Assembly (NCBI GenBank): GCA_964406895.1
Contig: CAYOTK010000007.1
Location: 1-59,584 of the forward strand
Direction of reading: 5' to 3'
DNA length: 59,584 bases
Source of the DNA: an uncultured Candidatus Saccharibacteria bacterium
Lineage (GTDB): Bacteria; Patescibacteriota; Minisyncoccia; Phycocordibacterales; PALSA-1337
The notes under the pieces are model-generated. The model saw only the letters and a program-made list of their open reading frames with translations, was not told the origin of the DNA and searched no databases. Positions 24,865 through 35,505 of this stretch are shown here, piece by piece. Within the stretch, counting starts at the first letter, position 1; each line of letters starts with the position of its first letter. A program made the position numbers and the translations under genes.

Positions 24865-26802
24865 ATGCCCCCAAGAGAAGAGAAAAGTCGTATAGAAGAG
24901 TTGAAGAAAGCGCTTTATTCGCGTGTTGGTCCAGATATACGAACAAGGAGAAAGTTGCATTTCAACGATGAAGAATCCGATATACGTAAAAGTTGGGACG
25001 AAACAGAAGACAAACCCATCAACCAACCTCTCAATCAACATTACGAAAACAATTCAATGTCATTTTTTACAAAGGTTTTTATATTCTCGATAGTATTTTT
25101 CTTAGCAGCAGTCTCGGCTGGAGCCTATTTATTCTTCCGTGGTGGAAATCTAATATCAACAAACAATATAGACATAGCTATTGACGGCCCAGTATCTATT
25201 CCTGGAGGAGAAGTAGTCTCTTTCGATATTAAGGTTACAAATAATAATAGTGTGGATTTGAAGTTGGCGGATTTGTCTGTTGATTTTCCCCCAGGTTCAA
25301 CTGATCCCGCAAATCCAGAGAAGGAACTCAAGAATTTCAGAGAATTGCTTGGCGATATCGCTCCAGGACAAACTGTAGATAAGACAGTCAAAGTTATCGT
25401 TTTTGGTGAGGAAAATCTACAAAAATCAATCGATGCATCTGTAAGTTATAGGATAAATGGCTCAACCGCCTCATTTACCAAGAATAAATCTTACGATATC
25501 ATCATCAATTCTTCTCCGATAAATGTAGTTGTAAATTCATACAAAGAGGTTACTTCAGGCCAAGATTTCGATATGAAGATCAACATCAAATCAAATTCAA
25601 ATCAGGTTCTGAAAAATGTAATATTGAAAGCGAATTATCCATTTGGTTATAGTTATGTATCTTCAAACATCTCTCCAACCTCGGACAATTCTATATGGAA
25701 GATCGGAGATATTCCTCCAAAAGGCGAGAAAAATATAACAGTGAAGGGCAGATTGAACGGCGAAGATAATGATGCAAAAGTCTTCAGATTTTCTGTGGGC
25801 ACAGCGAGTTATAATGATCCGAATAAGATTGGAACAGAATTCACTTCTCTCACACAAAATGTAACGATACAAAAACCTTTTGTATCGTTGTCGATATCTG
25901 TAGGTGGCAGTTCTAGTTCACAAGATTATATCGGACAGTTCAATCGTGCAGAGAGAGTAGAAATAGGTTGGTTCAATAACTTGCCTGTGAACGTCAATAA
26001 TATGGTTATATCTGCCAAGCTTTCTGGTACGGCATATGACAAGTCTAGTGTCAGACCGGATTCTGGATATTTCAAATCAGAAACTAACGAAATTATTTGG
26101 AGTAGACAAACTAATTCAGAATTTGGTTTGGTCGGAGCGGGCGATAGTGGTGTTGTATCATTCTCGGTTATACCCAAAGATAATGGTTCAATACAAAAAC
26201 CAATTTCCAATCCGACTATTACAGTTTCAGCCAATGTTTCTGGAGAAAGAAATCAAGAATCAGGCGTGCCACAATCAGTCTCTGCGGTGGCAACTAGGAA
26301 TATCAAAGTTTCATCGAGTATTGCTTTATCGGGAAGGGTGACGAGATCTCTAGGTGCTTTCAGTAATACTGGCCCTATACCACCAAAAGTCGAGAAGGCC
26401 ACCACGTACACAATAGTATGGGCGGTAGACAATACGTCGAATTCTATAAGCGGAGCTCAGGTCACAGCTACATTGCCGCCATATGTTAAGTGGCTTTCCA
26501 ATGTCAGTCCAAGTTCAGAACAAGTTAGTTATGATCAGAATACAGGCACTATTGTTTGGGATATTGGAAATGTCGGACCGTATACATCGGCCGCTTCAAG
26601 AAGAAGGGAGTTATCATTCCAGGTATCATTGACTCCGAGCGCAAATCAGGCGGGTCAATCATTAACTTTGGTCAATCAGTCTGTCCTCACGGCGAACGAT
26701 GACTTTACAGGGGCCAATCTATCTAGCTCACAAGATTTCTTGACTACGAGATTTAGTTCTGATCCTGCTTATAGAGATGGCAATGAAATCGTAGCGCCTT
26801 AA
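24865..26802 (+). CDS. Hypothetical large membrane-anchored extracytoplasmic protein with repeated beta-rich (Ig-like) segments
   Basis: Charged N-terminus and one TM segment (FFTKVFIFSIVFFLAAVSAGAYLFF), followed by about 550 aa of S/T/N/V-rich sequence. Confidence 0.7.
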   Translation: MPPREEKSRIEELKKALYSRVGPDIRTRRKLHFNDEESDIRKSWDETEDKPINQPLNQHYENNSMSFFTKVFIFSIVFFLAAVSAGAYLFFRGGNLISTNNIDIAIDGPVSIPGGEVVSFDIKVTNNNSVDLKLADLSVDFPPGSTDPANPEKELKNFRELLGDIAPGQTVDKTVKVIVFGEENLQKSIDASVSYRINGSTASFTKNKSYDIIINSSPINVVVNSYKEVTSGQDFDMKINIKSNSNQVLKNVILKANYPFGYSYVSSNISPTSDNSIWKIGDIPPKGEKNITVKGRLNGEDNDAKVFRFSVGTASYNDPNKIGTEFTSLTQNVTIQKPFVSLSISVGGSSSSQDYIGQFNRAERVEIGWFNNLPVNVNNMVISAKLSGTAYDKSSVRPDSGYFKSETNEIIWSRQTNSEFGLVGAGDSGVVSFSVIPKDNGSIQKPISNPTITVSANVSGERNQESGVPQSVSAVATRNIKVSSSIALSGRVTRSLGAFSNTGPIPPKVEKATTYTIVWAVDNTSNSISGAQVTATLPPYVKWLSNVSPSSEQVSYDQNTGTIVWDIGNVGPYTSAASRRRELSFQVSLTPSANQAGQSLTLVNQSVLTANDDFTGANLSSSQDFLTTRFSSDPAYRDGNEIVAP

Positions 26803-26826
26803 ACAGTTTTCTGTTAACATAGCAGT

Positions 26827-28176
26827 ATGAGTAAATTGCCAGAAAATGAGAAAAATCTTGATAATATAGTGTCGCTTTGCAAAAGGCGTGGTTTTATTTT
26901 CCAAGGATCCGAAATATACGGCGGGTTGGCTGGTACTTGGGATTACGGTCATTTGGGTGTTAGTCTTAAGAATAATATCAAGAAAATTTGGTGGAAAAGA
27001 TTCGTTGATGATAGAGACGATATGTATGGTGTCGATGCGGCAATACTAATGAATCAAAATGTCTGGAAGGCCAGTGGTCATGTTGAAGGTTTTTCTGATC
27101 CTTTGGTCGAATGCAAGAAGTGTAATTTCAGGTTTAGAGCAGATCATATAGGCAAACTATCAGATGGTGTCTGGCAATTTCCTGAAGAATGTCTCAATTG
27201 CAAAACCAAGAATCCATGGTTGCCTGTCAAACAATTCAACATGATGTTTTCAACAAATGTTGGCGCTGTTCAGGATTCGACTTCAGTATCTTATTTGAGA
27301 CCAGAAACAGCACAGGGTATGTTCGTAAATTTCAAGAATATTCTTGATTCAGAACATCCGAAATTACCATTTGGATTGGCACAGATAGGTAAGGCATTTA
27401 GAAATGAGATTGCGCCAAGAGATTTCTTGTTTCGTTCGAGAGAGTTCGAGCAGATGGAAATAGAGTATTTCGTCAATCCAAAAGATTGGGAGAGCGCATT
27501 CGAAGCATTAAGGAAAGAGATGAAAAGTTTTATTTCTGATATTGGATTGGATATATCGAAAGTTCATGAATTAGAAATTCCAGACGGCGATAGAGCACAC
27601 TACTCGAAAAGAACTGTGGATTTTGAGTTCGATTTTCCTTTCGGCCGGAAAGAACTCTACGGTCTTGCTTATAGAACTGATTTTGATTTGAAACAACATG
27701 CAGAACTTAGCAGGGTAGACTTGTCTTATTATGATGAAGAAAACAAAGTTAGATTCGTGCCACATTGTATAGAACCTTCGTTCGGTCTGGATAGGTCTGT
27801 TCTGGCTGTTTTGTCTAATGCATATACGGAAGATGAACTCGGAGGCGAAAAAAGAGTCTACATGAAATTTGCTACAGACGTGGCGCCCTATAGGGTCGCT
27901 GTATTTCCTTTGTTAAGGAATAAGCCAGAATTAGTTGGCAAGGCCGAAGAATTGTATAGGAAAATTAAATCCGCAATACCAAATACAATATTTGACGATA
28001 ACGGTAATATTGGTAAGAGATATCGCAGACAGGATGAGATAGGAACACCTTATTGTGTAACGATCGATTTTGAGACCATAGAGAAGGGTAATGGTGTTAC
28101 AGTTAGAGATAGAGATAGCGGTAAACAAGAAAGAATATCTGAGTCAGAACTACTCAGTTATTTGATGAAAAAATAA
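26827..28176 (+). CDS. glyQS: Glycine--tRNA ligase (dimeric class II type)
   Basis: LCKRRGFIFQGSEIYGGLAGTWDYGHLG, YLRPETAQG, FRNEI.PR and EPSFGLDR. Confidence 0.92.
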   Translation: MSKLPENEKNLDNIVSLCKRRGFIFQGSEIYGGLAGTWDYGHLGVSLKNNIKKIWWKRFVDDRDDMYGVDAAILMNQNVWKASGHVEGFSDPLVECKKCNFRFRADHIGKLSDGVWQFPEECLNCKTKNPWLPVKQFNMMFSTNVGAVQDSTSVSYLRPETAQGMFVNFKNILDSEHPKLPFGLAQIGKAFRNEIAPRDFLFRSREFEQMEIEYFVNPKDWESAFEALRKEMKSFISDIGLDISKVHELEIPDGDRAHYSKRTVDFEFDFPFGRKELYGLAYRTDFDLKQHAELSRVDLSYYDEENKVRFVPHCIEPSFGLDRSVLAVLSNAYTEDELGGEKRVYMKFATDVAPYRVAVFPLLRNKPELVGKAEELYRKIKSAIPNTIFDDNGNIGKRYRRQDEIGTPYCVTIDFETIEKGNGVTVRDRDSGKQERISESELLSYLMKK

Positions 28177-28177
28177 T

Positions 28178-29260
28178 ATGTCCATCAATTTAAAAGATAC
28201 AAATATAATCATAAGTACTGGTACAATAGTTCGTTTCTTCATGATTGTAATATTGCTTTTTGCTTTGTATTACATGTCAGATGTTCTCCTTGTTGTGGTA
28301 TCTGCAATAGTTATTGCTTCCGCCATAGAACCTATAGTACGAAGGCTTAGACTGCTCAAATTACACAGAACTGTGGCAGTGATTGTCGTGTACGTTCTGA
28401 TTGCACTTATACTTGCTGCAATACTCATATTCTTTATGCCAATGGTTGTTTCTGATACGACCGAATTCCTAAATAGCTTACCCAAAACAATATCACTGGG
28501 GCAATTGTGGAGTCCTATACATGATCTCGGAACAAGTTTTGGTTCTACATCTCTCTCAACTCACTCTGTTTCAGTTTCGGATTTCATAAATGGTTTGCAA
28601 TCACTCATTGTGGGAACAGGTGAGGGTGCTTTCCAGACAGCAAGTGCTATATTCGGAGGCGTGCTCAGTTTCGTACTTATCGTAGTGCTTTCATTCTATC
28701 TCTCTGTTCAACAAAATGGTGTCGATAATTTCCTAAGGATTATTACTCCGGTCAAACATCATGAATATATTATTGATTTGTGGAAGAGGTCTCAGAGAAA
28801 GATAGGTTTGTGGTTGCAAGGGCAAATCATTCTAGGAATAGTAGTTGGAGTGCTTGTATATCTTGTTCTTATGATAGTAGGCATACCGCACGCTCTGGTA
28901 TTGGCCTTGTTTGCTGGAGTGTTAGAAATTATTCCTGTCTTTGGTCCTATCATATCATCGGTGCCAGCAATAATAATTGCATTTTCTGAGGCGGGTGTAG
29001 GCAGTGGAGTATTGCTTATTTTGTTGTATATAATTATTTATCAATTCGAGAGTCAACTGTTTTATCCGTTGGTTGTAAGAAAGATAGTAGGCATTTCTCC
29101 AATAGTTGTTATATTGGCTTTGGTTATTGGTGCTAAGTTTGCGGGTATTCTAGGCGCTCTTATCGCTGTGCCGTTATCAGCTGCTCTTATGGAATACATA
29201 GATGATATAGAGAAGTACAAGACAGCAGAGGCAGCAGAGCGACAGATCAATCAACAGTAG
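28178..29260 (+). CDS. AI-2E family (PerM/UPF0118) transporter
   Basis: About eight TM helices and the characteristic ...LALFAGVLEIIPVFGPII... segment. Confidence 0.75.
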   Translation: MSINLKDTNIIISTGTIVRFFMIVILLFALYYMSDVLLVVVSAIVIASAIEPIVRRLRLLKLHRTVAVIVVYVLIALILAAILIFFMPMVVSDTTEFLNSLPKTISLGQLWSPIHDLGTSFGSTSLSTHSVSVSDFINGLQSLIVGTGEGAFQTASAIFGGVLSFVLIVVLSFYLSVQQNGVDNFLRIITPVKHHEYIIDLWKRSQRKIGLWLQGQIILGIVVGVLVYLVLMIVGIPHALVLALFAGVLEIIPVFGPIISSVPAIIIAFSEAGVGSGVLLILLYIIIYQFESQLFYPLVVRKIVGISPIVVILALVIGAKFAGILGALIAVPLSAALMEYIDDIEKYKTAEAAERQINQQ

Positions 29261-29291
29261 TGATTAGTAATTACCAAGAATAATAAACATA

Positions 29292-30764
29292 ATGTCGAAA
29301 CCTTTTTATTTAACAACCACTCTTCCTTATGTAAATGGTGATCCCCATATCGGTTTTGCCTTAGAAATCATTCGTGCTGATTTTGTTGTCAGAATGAAGA
29401 AACTTGCAGGATATGATGTTTTTTTCAATACCGGAACAGATGAACATGGGGTCAAAATTTTCCGTAAAGCTACAGAGCTTGGCATGAATGTCAAAGATTA
29501 CGTGGACATGAATGCGTCGAAGTTCAAAGAGCTTTTGCCCAAGTTGAATATTTCGTCAGATATCAATTTCATTCGCACAACAGATGAGCATCATATTTTG
29601 GCCGCTCAAACATTCTGGGACAAAGTGAAAGAAAATGGTGAAAAAACCAAAGATGGTCCATATATATATAAGAAGAATTATTCAGTCAAATATTGTCCTG
29701 GTTGCGAATTAGAGAAAACAGAATCAGAGTTGATCGACAATAAATGTCCTTTGCATCCACTTCAGGATATAGAGATTATCGAAGAAGAGAATTATTTTTT
29801 CAAATTTAGCGCGTTTCAAGAAAAACTTCTAGAACTTTATGAGAAAAATAAAGGTCTGGTAGTTCCTAGTACCAGATTGAATGAAATCAAAGCATTTGTT
29901 CAGCGCGGATTGCAGGATTTCAGTATTTCTCGAGTCAAAGAAAAGATGCCTTGGGGTATACCCGTCCCGAATGATCCTTCTCAGGTTATGTACGTTTGGT
30001 TCGATGCGCTAGTCAATTATGTATCAGCTATCGGTTGGCCATGTGATAAGAGTGATAGTGCGTGCGCCTTTGATAAATATTGGATCAAAAGTGGCGGTGT
30101 GGTGCAATATTGCGGCAAAGACAATTTGAGACAACAGGCAGCAATGTGGCAGGCCATGCTTATGGCTTGCGGTTTGCCAGCTTCAAAAACAATAGTTATT
30201 GATGGATTCATAACAGGTGAGGGTGGTATCAAAATGTCAAAATCTCTCGGTAATACGGTAGATCCGCTCGAAATAGTCACAGAATATGGTAGCGACGCTT
30301 TGCGTTATTATGTCTGTCGAGAAATTTCTTCATTCGAGGATAGTCCATTCACTATGGCCAAATTCAAGGAAGCGTACAACGCTGGCCTTGCAAACGGTAT
30401 AGGCAATTTGACTAGTAGAGTACTCAAGATGTCATCGGTCAATAATATAACAGTTGAACTGGACGAAAAGGCAGTTGATTTTTCCGTTGAAGATAATCTT
30501 CTCGCAGGTTTTGAGATCGACAAATACTGCGATCGAATATGGAAGCATATAGAAGAAGCTGATAAATATATTGCTTCCAAACAGCCATTCAAGGTTATAA
30601 AAGAAAACAAAGCAGAAGGCGAAGAAATGATCAAATATCTTTTGAAAGAATTATGGATAGTAGGTCTAAAATTGCGACCATTTTTACCTGAAACTGCAAA
30701 AAAAATAGAGCGATGTATGATGGAAAATAAGCCACCTGCGGAACCATTATTCGCACGAAGATGA
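29292..30764 (+). CDS. metG: Methionine--tRNA ligase (short form, without C-terminal tRNA-binding domain)
   Basis: LPYVNGDPHIGFALE (HIGH), the CPGCELEK...CPLH zinc knuckle, and KMSKSLGN. Confidence 0.92.
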   Translation: MSKPFYLTTTLPYVNGDPHIGFALEIIRADFVVRMKKLAGYDVFFNTGTDEHGVKIFRKATELGMNVKDYVDMNASKFKELLPKLNISSDINFIRTTDEHHILAAQTFWDKVKENGEKTKDGPYIYKKNYSVKYCPGCELEKTESELIDNKCPLHPLQDIEIIEEENYFFKFSAFQEKLLELYEKNKGLVVPSTRLNEIKAFVQRGLQDFSISRVKEKMPWGIPVPNDPSQVMYVWFDALVNYVSAIGWPCDKSDSACAFDKYWIKSGGVVQYCGKDNLRQQAAMWQAMLMACGLPASKTIVIDGFITGEGGIKMSKSLGNTVDPLEIVTEYGSDALRYYVCREISSFEDSPFTMAKFKEAYNAGLANGIGNLTSRVLKMSSVNNITVELDEKAVDFSVEDNLLAGFEIDKYCDRIWKHIEEADKYIASKQPFKVIKENKAEGEEMIKYLLKELWIVGLKLRPFLPETAKKIERCMMENKPPAEPLFARR

Positions 30765-31603
30765 AATACGTAGATATCCATGGTCATGTTCATTTCAAAG
30801 CCTATGATGCTGATAGGGTAGATGTGATTTCTCGTTGTCTCGAAAATCATGTTGGTATTATCAACGTTGGCACAGATTTTGAATCATCTGTGTCGGCTGT
30901 TGAATTGGCAAAACAAAATGAAAATATGTGGGCCATTATTGGTTTGCACCCCGTACATACCGGTTGTAGTTATAATGATCCGGCCGAAACTGGTATTAAA
31001 GACGAAGGAGTGTCAGACATAAAATCTTATCAGGATTTTGACGCTACCAAATTCTCGGAGTTAGCAAAAGAAAAAAAGGTAGTAGCAATAGGTGAGTGTG
31101 GTTTGGATTATTTTCATTCTGAGCCAGAAGATATGAAGAAGCAAAGAGAAGAGTTTGAAAAGCAAATTATCTTTGCAAATGAAATAAATAAACCTCTTAT
31201 GTTGCATATAAGAAATGCAAAGAATGGTAATAGTGCTTACGCCGAGGCTGTCCAAATACTTGAGACCCATGCAAACGTAAGGGCTAATTTTCATTTTTTT
31301 GCAGGAACGACGGAAGATTTGAAAAAAATCTTGGATATAGGCGGCACCGTATCATTCACTGGGGTAATAACTTTTACATCCAATTATGATGATTTGGTTA
31401 GATATGTACCTATGGATAGAGTAATGTCAGAGACTGATTGTCCTTTTGTATCGCCAGCTCCATATAGGGGCAAGAGAAATGAACCGAGTTATGTTGTAGA
31501 GGTTGTAAAATCAATAGCAAGAATCAGAAATGCTGACGTTGAAAGCGTTTCCTCGGCCCTACTTGCCAATGCAAAAGGCTTTTTCTCACTGAAAAATTCA
31601 TAA
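30761..31603 (+). CDS. TatD-family metal-dependent hydrolase
   Basis: VDIHGHV, IGECGLDY, LMLHIRNA, FHFFAG and SETDCPF motifs. Its ATGA overlaps the metG stop. Confidence 0.88.
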   Translation: MKYVDIHGHVHFKAYDADRVDVISRCLENHVGIINVGTDFESSVSAVELAKQNENMWAIIGLHPVHTGCSYNDPAETGIKDEGVSDIKSYQDFDATKFSELAKEKKVVAIGECGLDYFHSEPEDMKKQREEFEKQIIFANEINKPLMLHIRNAKNGNSAYAEAVQILETHANVRANFHFFAGTTEDLKKILDIGGTVSFTGVITFTSNYDDLVRYVPMDRVMSETDCPFVSPAPYRGKRNEPSYVVEVVKSIARIRNADVESVSSALLANAKGFFSLKNS

Positions 31604-31782
31604 AATCTTTAACTTTTCTTTATAAAATCTTTAGTGTCTGCTTGATATATTATAATAGCCTTAACCATTGCGTTTTTGGCAAAACCGTGTTACCTTCATT
31701 GTATTAATAGAGTAATCGCAGTAAGTCCCTTCGAAAGGGTTTCGTGAAGATTTCTTCATGAATAACTGACTGCAAAAAACTT

Positions 31783-32256
31783 ATGACAGAAAATAATACA
31801 GATCGTAATGCGATCTACGAGATAGGGTACCTTATTAGTTCTGCAGTACCAGAAGAAAATGTATCAGCAGAAGCTGATAGTGTTAAGAAAATCATCACTG
31901 ATGCTGGAGCCACGGTCATTGCCGAGGAACTAGCACACAAAGTGCAATTGGCGTACACAATACGCAAGAAAACAGTCGCTGGTTCATATGATAACCACGA
32001 TGAGGCGTACTTTGGATGGGTCAAATTCGAGGTTGATTCTGGCTTGATTGAAAATATCAAAAAGGCCGTTGAGAATCACTCGAAAGTTATAAGAATGTTG
32101 CTTATAAGCACTATCAGAGAAAATACATATCTTGGAAAGAAAGCACCTGCTTTCGTCACCACAGAGAAGGTGGCAGTAGAAGACAAGAAAGACGTTGCTC
32201 CAGTTTCTATCGAAGAAATGGATAAAAGCATTGATGCAATGGTCAAAGAGGCATAA
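31783..32256 (+). CDS. rpsF: 30S ribosomal protein S6 with C-terminal extension
   Basis: IYEIGYLIS...VQLAYTIRKK...VIRML pattern, at the head of the conserved rpsF-ssb-rpsR arrangement. Confidence 0.8.
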   Translation: MTENNTDRNAIYEIGYLISSAVPEENVSAEADSVKKIITDAGATVIAEELAHKVQLAYTIRKKTVAGSYDNHDEAYFGWVKFEVDSGLIENIKKAVENHSKVIRMLLISTIRENTYLGKKAPAFVTTEKVAVEDKKDVAPVSIEEMDKSIDAMVKEA

Positions 32257-32277
32257 TTAAAAATAATAATATTTATT

Positions 32278-32724
32278 ATGTATCTAAACAAAGTTATAAT
32301 CGTCGGCAATCTAACTAGAGACCCAGAAATGAAAGCTCTACCTTCAGGCATAAAAGTCTGTAATATAGGTGTAGCTACAAACCGTTATTTCAAAAACAAA
32401 GAGGGTTCTAGACAAGAAGCAGTCGAATATCATAACGTGGTATTGTTCGCCAGATTAGCAGAGATAGCTGGTCAATATCTCAAGAAGGGTTCGCAGGTTC
32501 TTATAGAAGGTAGATTGCAGACTCGTTCGTGGGATTCTCAAGACGGTCAGAAAAAATACCGCACAGAGATAGTTGCAGAAAGTATGCAACTAGGTTCGAC
32601 TAGAAGCGGGACAGCAACTCCAAGCCAACCGAAAGATTCTGGCAAAGAAGCCACCAAGGATATTCCTGGAGACACCATCCAATATCCAAGTGAAGAGATT
32701 AATCCTGAAGACATACCGTTCTAA
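32278..32724 (+). CDS. ssb: Single-stranded DNA-binding protein
   Basis: [19 protein letters not shown]-fold start and an acidic C-terminal tail ending DIPF. Confidence 0.92.
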   Translation: MYLNKVIIVGNLTRDPEMKALPSGIKVCNIGVATNRYFKNKEGSRQEAVEYHNVVLFARLAEIAGQYLKKGSQVLIEGRLQTRSWDSQDGQKKYRTEIVAESMQLGSTRSGTATPSQPKDSGKEATKDIPGDTIQYPSEEINPEDIPF

Positions 32725-32741
32725 CAATAATAAAAAATAAA

Positions 32742-32945
32742 ATGAAAAAACCTTGTTATTTCGCACAACATAATATTAGAAATATTGATTACAAAGACAC
32801 AGAAATCTTGAAGAAATTCTTGAATCCTCATGGTCGTTTGCTTAGTAAGAAGAAAACAGGCGTTTCGTCCAAATATCAAAGACAATTAGCTACGGCAGTT
32901 AAGCGCGCTAGATTCATGGGTCTTCTACCTTACGTTGCATCATAA
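32742..32945 (+). CDS. rpsR: 30S ribosomal protein S18
   Basis: IDYKDTEILKKFLNPHGRLLSKKKTGVSSKYQRQLATAVKRARFMGLLPY. Confidence 0.93.
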   Translation: MKKPCYFAQHNIRNIDYKDTEILKKFLNPHGRLLSKKKTGVSSKYQRQLATAVKRARFMGLLPYVAS

Positions 32946-32961
32946 TTTTTGCAGATTATAC

Positions 32962-33000
32962 AAAAAACAAAACCCCTCAAATTGAGGGGTTTTGTTTTTT
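32962..33000. terminator. Bidirectional rho-independent terminator between rpsR and efp
   Basis: AAAAAACAAAA-CCCCTCA-AAT-TGAGGGG-TTTTGTTTTTT. Confidence 0.8.
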
Positions 33001-33006
33001 AAAATC

Positions 33007-33573
33007 CTATACTCGTTCTCTGTATTCGCCGGTTTCTGTATTGATGCGTATTACGTCACCCTCATTTATGAATAGTGGGGCATTGATAGTTGCGCCTGTT
33101 TCTAGAGTTACAACCTTGTTGCCACCTGCGGCACTGTCGCCCTTGATGTTTGGTGGAGCTTCGGTAACTTTGAGATCGGCAGTAATAGGCATTTTGAAAC
33201 CCATTGGTTGTTCTCTGAACTGAAGTTGAGTAACTATAGTATTTGGTTTCAGGAACCTTCCTTGAGGACCCACTATGGTTTCTTCTACTGAGAATCTTTT
33301 CGACGAATCTTCTGCTTCACAAAACCAGAATTGTCCGCGGTTTTTATATAGATATTTCACTTCTCGCTCGTCTATTTCTGCTTCTTCTACCTTCTCTGAT
33401 TGGTGGAATGAATATTCAGTGACTTTTCCTGTCATAAGATTCTTCAATTTCGTTGCATTAACAGGTTTGCGTTGCTGTTTCCTGAAGACGTGAGATGATA
33501 TAACCTCATAAGGTTGCCCATCTAAGACGATGTATTTCTTTTCTGTTATTTCATTATATTCGAGAAGCGACAT
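33007..33573 (-). CDS. efp: Elongation factor P
   Basis: 188 aa. YIVLDGQPYEVIS..F....R....N.TKLKNL.TGK and a C-terminal ETGEY..R. Confidence 0.9.
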   Translation of the reverse strand: MSLLEYNEITEKKYIVLDGQPYEVISSHVFRKQQRKPVNATKLKNLMTGKVTEYSFHQSEKVEEAEIDEREVKYLYKNRGQFWFCEAEDSSKRFSVEETIVGPQGRFLKPNTIVTQLQFREQPMGFKMPITADLKVTEAPPNIKGDSAAGGNKVVTLETGATINAPLFINEGDVIRINTETGEYRERV

Positions 33574-33671
33574 GTTTTATTTGTTATTTATATAATTCGG
33601 TAGGGTAATGCTAACTTTTTTCTTGAGAAGTATCAAGTCTTGTTAGTAGTTCAATTATAAAAACTATAAAG

Positions 33672-33702
33672 TAAAAAGGTCGAGCCCCGCGTGAGCGGGG
33701 CT
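33672..33702 (-). terminator. Rho-independent terminator after the small G+C-rich ORF
   Basis: Minus strand reads AGCCCCGC-UCAC-GCGGGGCU followed by CGACCUUUUU. Confidence 0.65.
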
Positions 33703-33718
33703 TGGACTTGTTGGGCGG

Positions 33719-33922
33719 CTATGCCAGCGTATATGTAGGAGCTTCAGGCTTCGGAAGAGTCTGGAGAACTTCCACCAGGTCTGATTGAGGGAAAAAACCC
33801 AGCGTCGTTCCCATGTTCCGCGGCGGTTTGGGTGACTTTTTATTGGCGCTAACCGGTACGGTGCTGTAAGTGATCGCACCGCTTATTTTGTACAAGTGAA
33901 TGTACAGAATCTTCGTTTTCAT
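33719..33922 (-). CDS. Hypothetical small protein (67 aa), G+C-rich outlier between recA and efp
   Basis: ATG-initiated ORF (MKTKILYIHLYKISGAITY...) followed 16 nt later by a strong terminator. Coding status is unproven, and an overlapping 71-aa frame also exists. Confidence 0.4.
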   Translation of the reverse strand: MKTKILYIHLYKISGAITYSTVPVSANKKSPKPPRNMGTTLGFFPQSDLVEVLQTLPKPEAPTYTLA

Positions 33923-33988
33923 ATTCCCAATAACACTACTACTTGTTCATGTTAAATGTCAAAGCGGATATGTAAGACACGTATTTTT

Positions 33989-35071
33989 CTAAACTACCTC
34001 CTTATTTAATGATTCACGAATTTTGACCAAGATTTCTTCTTTGATAGGGGAGTTTTCTCTCAAGAATTGTCTTGTAGCGTCATAACCACGCCCCATTTTT
34101 GTTTCTCCATATGAATATGAAGCGCCTGATTTGGATATAATGCCCATTCTTTCTCCAAGAGCGATGATTTCTCCTTCTTGGGAAATACCTTCGTTATATA
34201 GAAGATCAAACTCTGTTTGCCTGAATGGGGCAGCGACTTTATTCTTGACGACTTTGACTCTGACGCGTCCACCCATGATTTCTTCGCCTTTTTTGATTTG
34301 AGCAATCCTGCGTATGTCCAACCTGACAGAGCAGTAAAACTTCAAAGCCTTGCCTCCAGGAGTGGTTTCTGGATTCCCGAACATCACGCCTATTTGCATG
34401 CGTATTTGGTTTATGAATATAACTACGGTTTTTGATTTTGCTACTAGCGCCGTGAGTTTCCTCAAGGCTTGGGACATGAGTCTGGCCTGAGTACCGACAT
34501 GAAATGCTCCCATGTCACCCTCAATCTCTGCTTTCGGTGTAAGTGCCGCAACTGAGTCAATAACTACAACGTCCATTTTGCCTGTACGTATGAGACTCTC
34601 GACTATGTCCAATGCTTGCTCACCTGTATCTGGCTGAGAGATGAGTAATTCATCGACTTTAACACCTATTCTCTTTGAATATTCTGGATCCATGGCGTGT
34701 TCAGCATCAATGTATGCACAGACTCCACCGAGTTTTTGCGCTTCAGCTACAACGTGCAGGGCCAGGGTGGTTTTTCCTGAGGATTCAGGTCCGAAGATTT
34801 CTATTATGCGTCCTCGGGGCATACCACCAATACCCAGGGCAGAATCCAAACCTATTGAGCCTGTTGGTATAGCATTAACATTGACTTTGGGTTTCTCGCC
34901 CAATTTCATTATGGCTTCTTCGCCAAATTTGTTACGTATTGCTTCTATGGCATCTGATATACCTTCTCTTGATTTTTTGCTTTCTTTTTTTGAATTGTTA
35001 TCTGTTTCTTCGTCGTCTCTTATTTCATTATCTTCATTTGCTGAAGATTTCTTTGGTTTTTTTATTGGCAT
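33989..35071 (-). CDS. recA: Recombinase RecA with low-complexity N-terminal extension
   Basis: [19 protein letters not shown] (Walker A), VVIDSVAAL and [22 protein letters not shown]. Confidence 0.95.
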   Translation of the reverse strand: MPIKKPKKSSANEDNEIRDDEETDNNSKKESKKSREGISDAIEAIRNKFGEEAIMKLGEKPKVNVNAIPTGSIGLDSALGIGGMPRGRIIEIFGPESSGKTTLALHVVAEAQKLGGVCAYIDAEHAMDPEYSKRIGVKVDELLISQPDTGEQALDIVESLIRTGKMDVVVIDSVAALTPKAEIEGDMGAFHVGTQARLMSQALRKLTALVAKSKTVVIFINQIRMQIGVMFGNPETTPGGKALKFYCSVRLDIRRIAQIKKGEEIMGGRVRVKVVKNKVAAPFRQTEFDLLYNEGISQEGEIIALGERMGIISKSGASYSYGETKMGRGYDATRQFLRENSPIKEEILVKIRESLNKEVV

Positions 35072-35139
35072 ATATATCTTATTGTTAATAATAATTTAAG
35101 GCGGTAAATCTATTTTACCACGAACCAATATATTTTTTG

Positions 35140-35505
35140 CTATTTATTTGTATTGCCAAAGAGGGTAAGTACTGTTCGAGTATTTCTTCCGAATCTGTCT
35201 TTTCCCTCGAGAGTTATTACATTCGTGCCTTCTAGTATGCCGATAGCTTTGTCGAAATTTCCTTGTTCATCAATTGTGATAGGACTCCCATTCATGTAAA
35301 GATTGCTTATCCTCTGAGCTTGGCCTTTTATGTTTATGCTGTTTGAGACTATGCTTGTACCATTTGCGGGTTCAGCAATATATATATTTGGTCCCTTGAT
35401 ATAACTCAATGATCGAAAGAAAATATATACAACAATAACGATTGCAATGATTGTAGCTACAGAGATTTTCAATAACTTTATATATGAAGATCTAGAGAAG
35501 GGCAT
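35140..35505 (-). CDS. Hypothetical membrane-anchored protein
   Basis: 121 aa with an N-terminal TM segment (VATIIAIVIVVYIFF). Its start overlaps the ftsK stop, suggesting translational coupling. Confidence 0.6.
   Translation of the reverse strand: MPFSRSSYIKLLKISVATIIAIVIVVYIFFRSLSYIKGPNIYIAEPANGTSIVSNSINIKGQAQRISNLYMNGSPITIDEQGNFDKAIGILEGTNVITLEGKDRFGRNTRTVLTLFGNTNK

Noticed and set aside
34641-35099. The 152-aa plus-strand ORF, and other antisense ORFs inside recA, ftsK, rpoB, rpoC, dnaG, ileS and the helicase gene.
   Set aside because: All lie wholly within, and antisense or out of frame to, genes with unambiguous family motifs. They have low-complexity S/I/F/L-rich sequences typical of AT-rich antisense frames.
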